Assembly: GCA_937921735.1 (NCBI GenBank)
Contig: CAKZTQ010000017.1
Location: 1-28,926, forward strand
Reading direction: 5' to 3'
DNA length: 28,926 nucleotides
DNA from: an uncultured archaeon
Lineage (GTDB): Archaea > Hadarchaeota > Hadarchaeia > Hadarchaeales > Hadarchaeaceae
Numbering within the stretch: the first letter of the stretch is position 1; every line of letters starts with the position of its first letter. A program made the translations under genes and the position numbers. Positions 25,748 to 28,926 of this stretch are shown here, piece after piece. Below the pieces are notes generated by a model, which saw nothing but the letters and a program-made list of their open reading frames with translations, did not search any database and had not been told where the DNA came from.

Positions 25748-26956
25748 TCACGCGCCGAACTTTCTGCCCTTGCCCATGAGGTCCACGATGATCGGCAAGA
25801 GATCCTTGCCGCGGATCCGCCCCAAGCCGCCCCTCGCGCAGGAGCGCTCATCGAACCTCCGAACGTCGTCGGTCCTAACGCCGGGCCCGGCGATGAGCAC
25901 GGGCACGGGGTCGCCGGTGTGTTCCCTGACGCTGACCGGTGTGGTGTGGTCCACGGCTATCGCGATGAGGTCGGCCGCCTCGAGGAGTTCGCCCAACGTT
26001 CGATCGACGCGCTCGATCAGCTGCACCTTGGCGGACGCATTTCCATCGTGGCTGGCCTCGTCAAAGCCCTTGACGTGCAGCAGTACTAAATCGTTGCGCT
26101 CCAGAGCTCGAAGGGTGGCATCTCGTTTGGCGTCCAAATCGGTGTTCAAGCCCCCCGTGGCGCCGGGAACGTCGAGCACCTCCATACCCGCAAGCCTGCA
26201 GACGCCCTTCACGAGCGCGGCCGCGGCCACGCACGCGCCCTTAACGCCGAACCTCTGGTCCATAGGCTGGAGCTCGGGCACCATCCCCGCACCCCTGAAC
26301 AGGAGATAGTTGGCCGGAGGCAATCCCCTGCGCCTGCGCTCCTCGTTCAGCGGGTGGGCCTCCAGCACCTCATGTGCCTTCCTCGAGAACTCGTTAAGCA
26401 GCCTCGCGGTCCTCGCCGCGCCGCGCGACAGCGGCTTGACCTGCATCGCCCTGACGCCCACTTGATGGGGATCCGAGTCCGTGACCTCGTGCGAAAGGCC
26501 CTTGCCGCGCAGCACCAACGCCCCCCTGTGCCCGACGGTGCTCTTGAAGATAACTTGCACCCCACGCAATTTTATGCCCCTAAGGGCCTCCGCCAACCGA
26601 TCCGCCTCCTGGATCCGCCCAGCCCTTCTGTCCCTCACCACTAGGTCTTCATCCACCGTCGCGAAGTTTGCCCTCAGCGCGATGTCCCCCGGCTTCAGCT
26701 CGATGCCTGCACCTGCCGCCTCAAAGGGTCCCCGCCCGGTGTAGACCTCGTATGGATCGTAGCCGAGCAGCGCCAAGTGAGCGGTGTCGCTGCCTGGCGG
26801 TACTCCGGGCGCGATCGTGTCCATGAGCCCACATACCCCTCGCCTCGCGAGCTCGTCCATGTTGGGTTTCTCCGCCGCCTCGAGGGGCGTGCGGCCGCCC
26901 AGCTCGGCCACCGGACGGTCGGCCATACCGTCGCAGATCAGCAGAAGGACCTTCAA
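25748..26956 (-). CDS. apgM: 2,3-bisphosphoglycerate-independent phosphoglycerate mutase (archaeal type)
   Basis: ICDGMADRP, TPLEAA..PNMD, PGSDTAHL, YTGRGPFEA.G, HVKGFDEASHDG, DHTTP...H.GDPVP; TTG 26956 likely start. Confidence 0.95.
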   Translation of the reverse strand: MKVLLLICDGMADRPVAELGGRTPLEAAEKPNMDELARRGVCGLMDTIAPGVPPGSDTAHLALLGYDPYEVYTGRGPFEAAGAGIELKPGDIALRANFATVDEDLVVRDRRAGRIQEADRLAEALRGIKLRGVQVIFKSTVGHRGALVLRGKGLSHEVTDSDPHQVGVRAMQVKPLSRGAARTARLLNEFSRKAHEVLEAHPLNEERRRRGLPPANYLLFRGAGMVPELQPMDQRFGVKGACVAAAALVKGVCRLAGMEVLDVPGATGGLNTDLDAKRDATLRALERNDLVLLHVKGFDEASHDGNASAKVQLIERVDRTLGELLEAADLIAIAVDHTTPVSVREHTGDPVPVLIAGPGVRTDDVRRFDERSCARGGLGRIRGKDLLPIIVDLMGKGRKFGA

Positions 26957-27049
26957 GCATCGCCCCAGCGTAGATATCGTCCGCCCAAAAAAAGGCTTGC
27001 GGTGGTTTTCAGGCGAAGAAACATAAGAGAGGAAAGACATGGTTTAATT

Positions 27050-27142
27050 GGGCCCGTGGCCTAGCCAGGATAGGGCGACGGCCTTCGGTGCTGAGGCGGG
27101 GAAAGCCGTAGGTCGGGGGTTCGAATCCCCCCGGGCCCGCCA
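27050..27142 (+). tRNA. tRNA-Arg(TCG) with a 15-nt intron at 37/38 (27089-27103); CCA encoded
   Basis: Acceptor GGGCCCG/CGGGCCC, anticodon stem ACGGC/GCCGT, TCG at 27085-27087, GTTCGAATC T-loop, bulge-helix-bulge can be drawn. Confidence 0.93.
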
Positions 27143-27246
27143 CTGGTTTATTCGTACTCAGGTTTCCCGATTTCTAGATACCGAGATGCTACTCAAGAAA
27201 GGCCATCGCCCAATCAAACTAATTTATCCGGCGACGATTAGGTATT

Positions 27247-27321
27247 GGGCCGGTGGTCCAGTCAGGACAGGACGCAGGCCTCCGGAGCCTGAGATCGCGG
27301 GTTCGAATCCCGCCCGGCCCG
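27247..27321 (+). tRNA. tRNA-Arg(CCG), no intron, CCA not encoded
   Basis: Acceptor GGGCCGG/CCGGCCC, anticodon stem CAGGC/GCCTG, CCG at 27282-27284, GTTCGAATC T-loop. Confidence 0.95.
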
Positions 27322-27376
27322 TACGCTCGAGCTCGAAAAGTTAAAGGCAGACGCCCAAGCTATGAACGAGGTTCAC

Positions 27377-27985
27377 ATGGCGCTAGCTTCGGTCGACCCC
27401 AACAAGGGGATCGGGAAAGAGCTCGAGCGGAGGGTCTCCTCCTGCCAACTTTGTACCTTCGTGGACAAGCCCTTCCTCCTCCACCGCGTGTACTCCTGGC
27501 TCCCGCGAAGGGTGAAGGTATTGGCGATAGGAGAGTCACCGCCGCCGGGCGAGAAGGTGGGCTCCCTCTACTGCTTGGAGGTCTTCGACAGGCTTAGGCT
27601 GTCCCTCAAGCTTGTCCTCGGCGTGGAGGGGGAAAGGGAGGTGCTCGAGACCCTAAGGCGCTCCTCCACCTTCCTCACCGCCGCCGTCAAGTGCCGTCCC
27701 CCGGACAGGAAAAGCATAGAGAGCATGAGGAGGAACTGCCTTCCCCTGCTCAAGGGCGAGCTGGAAGACCTTCGTCCCCATAGAGTGGTGGCGATGGGCA
27801 GGTACGCCTCCGCCTCCCTCTGCGAGCTCTTGGGCCTGGACCCCCCGCGTGATCAAAGAGAAATAGCGAAGATCGAGGTCGATGGGAGGGAAATCTTCTT
27901 CACGCCTCACCCAAACTACCTATTTAGGTTCGGAAGGGGCCTAGCGGGGGAGATGAGGAAAATCCTGCTGGGCCGCCGCGCCTAG
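27377..27985 (+). CDS. Uracil-DNA glycosylase superfamily protein (Fe-S, family 4/5-like)
   Basis: CQLC, IGESPP, TAAVKCRPP, C..LL..EL..LRP..VVAMG..A, PHP; SD GAGGT favours ATG 27377 (alternative 27362). Confidence 0.85.
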   Translation: MALASVDPNKGIGKELERRVSSCQLCTFVDKPFLLHRVYSWLPRRVKVLAIGESPPPGEKVGSLYCLEVFDRLRLSLKLVLGVEGEREVLETLRRSSTFLTAAVKCRPPDRKSIESMRRNCLPLLKGELEDLRPHRVVAMGRYASASLCELLGLDPPRDQREIAKIEVDGREIFFTPHPNYLFRFGRGLAGEMRKILLGRRA

Positions 27986-27999
27986 CCCATCTTTGAACC

Positions 28000-28410
28000 T
28001 CAGCGGGCGGTGAACTTCTTCCAGCTCTCCTTCGCCACCTCTACACCGACCACGACCAACACTATGCCCACCAACGTCAGCAGGATCGCCTGCGCGGCCT
28101 CGCGAACGTTGCCCGCGATCAACGCGCCGCTCGCCACCAGACAAAGGATGCCCACGCAGAAAAAGCCCGCGTTCGTCAAAAGTTTTCCCGGCCAGACCCT
28201 AGCGGCACCGACGAAGATCAACAGCGCCCCCGCCGCGAGCAGCCCCATGCTCGGCGCGAGATTTTTCACCTCCATCGCCGACGCAACGCCCAAGTGGATG
28301 ATGAGGGCACCTACGATGCATAGGACCGCGCCTAGCACTATGCCGGCGAAGTGTTTTGGGGCCTCCGGCCTCTCCGCCGCGGGCGGTAGGTAAGGCAACT
28401 CATCCGACAT
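28000..28410 (-). CDS. Hypothetical membrane protein (about 4 TM helices)
   Basis: Four hydrophobic segments; start overlaps the 3' end of the upstream gene. Confidence 0.75.
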   Translation of the reverse strand: MSDELPYLPPAAERPEAPKHFAGIVLGAVLCIVGALIIHLGVASAMEVKNLAPSMGLLAAGALLIFVGAARVWPGKLLTNAGFFCVGILCLVASGALIAGNVREAAQAILLTLVGIVLVVVGVEVAKESWKKFTAR

Positions 28411-28819
28411 AGCTGGGCCTTTCCTTCTCGGGCTTCTGCGGCGGAGGCATGCTCGGCAAGGGAATCGGCGGGGGGATGTTCAGCGTGCGCGAGAGGAAGG
28501 TCGCCTCGATGAGGGAAGCGTTGGTTATTGTTTGGATGAGCACGGGAGGGGGAGGCCTTTGCTTCTGATAGTCCTCTTGGATCCGCTCCAGCTCCGCCTT
28601 GTCGCCGGACAGGATGGCATGGCCCTTGAGGTTGATCTGGGCGATCGAAGGCGTGTAGCCTATGTTCACGACGAACGGCACGTCGAGCACGTCGTCCTTT
28701 CGCTCGACGCCGACGACGTTGATGTTCGTCGAGATATGTACCCCGGGTGGAATGGGCTTGTCGTGCTCCCAAAACTTCTCCGCCGAGATGTAGTTTATCC
28801 TCACGCTCACGTTGATCAA
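28400..28819 (-). CDS. Conserved archaeal hypothetical protein (possibly SecB-like fold)
   Basis: Alternating beta strands, I.LKG, then a helix and C-terminal LNIPPPIPLP; TATA-like element (TATAAAAA on minus) just upstream. Confidence 0.75.
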   Translation of the reverse strand: MINVSVRINYISAEKFWEHDKPIPPGVHISTNINVVGVERKDDVLDVPFVVNIGYTPSIAQINLKGHAILSGDKAELERIQEDYQKQRPPPPVLIQTITNASLIEATFLSRTLNIPPPIPLPSMPPPQKPEKERPSYVG

Positions 28820-28911
28820 GCCTGAACCCTTTTTATACTCGACGCCGGGCTTAATAAGCTTGGTCGATGCCGCGAAACCTTAAAGACGTGGCGGCGGGAG
28901 TAATTAAGCGA

Positions 28912-28926
28912 GCCGGGGTGGCGGAG
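28912..28926 (+). tRNA. Probable 5' end of a tRNA, truncated by the window (identity unknown; Cys-like)
   Basis: GCCGGGG-TG-GCGG-AG fits acceptor/U8/D-arm start; AAACCTTAAAG TATA-like element about 30 nt upstream. Confidence 0.5.

Noticed and set aside
27048-27344. 98-aa ORF and the N-terminal extension of apgM to 27040
   Set aside because: The ORF overlaps two tRNA genes; the apgM extension covers promoter DNA upstream of the conserved N-terminus

Overview
GC-rich archaeal chromosome segment. SepRS, Taw1, ApgM and the exosome point to a euryarchaeal-type lineage; a Hadarchaeota-like organism is my guess, not verified. 0.8-8 kb is the conserved proteasome/exosome superoperon (psmA, SBDS, rrp4, rrp41, rrp42, rpl37ae, rpoP, Brix, pcc1, pfdB, DHH, taw1). 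Next come a DUF5667-like exported protein divergent from a membrane-anchored wHTH regulator, then translin-sepS. A DNA-metabolism cluster follows: an EndoV lacking a catalytic Asp, divergent from a Zn-finger gene and a wHTH/LigD-type primase-polymerase fusion, then dCMP deaminase-thyX. After that are an AT-richer Pit/DUF47 phosphate-uptake insert, radical SAM-Mth938, an RNase J-like MBL hydrolase, tldD/pmbA, apgM, two tRNA-Arg genes (one with an intron), a UDG-family gene and two hypotheticals. The most unusual locus is 22.1-22.9 kb: an unknown 109-aa ORF and an orphan Cas2/VapD-like gene with no cas1 or CRISPR array, immediately followed by a 215-bp element of four 16-bp palindromic boxes in inverted pairs around an AT-rich core. 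All family assignments come from motif recognition by eye, not database searches.
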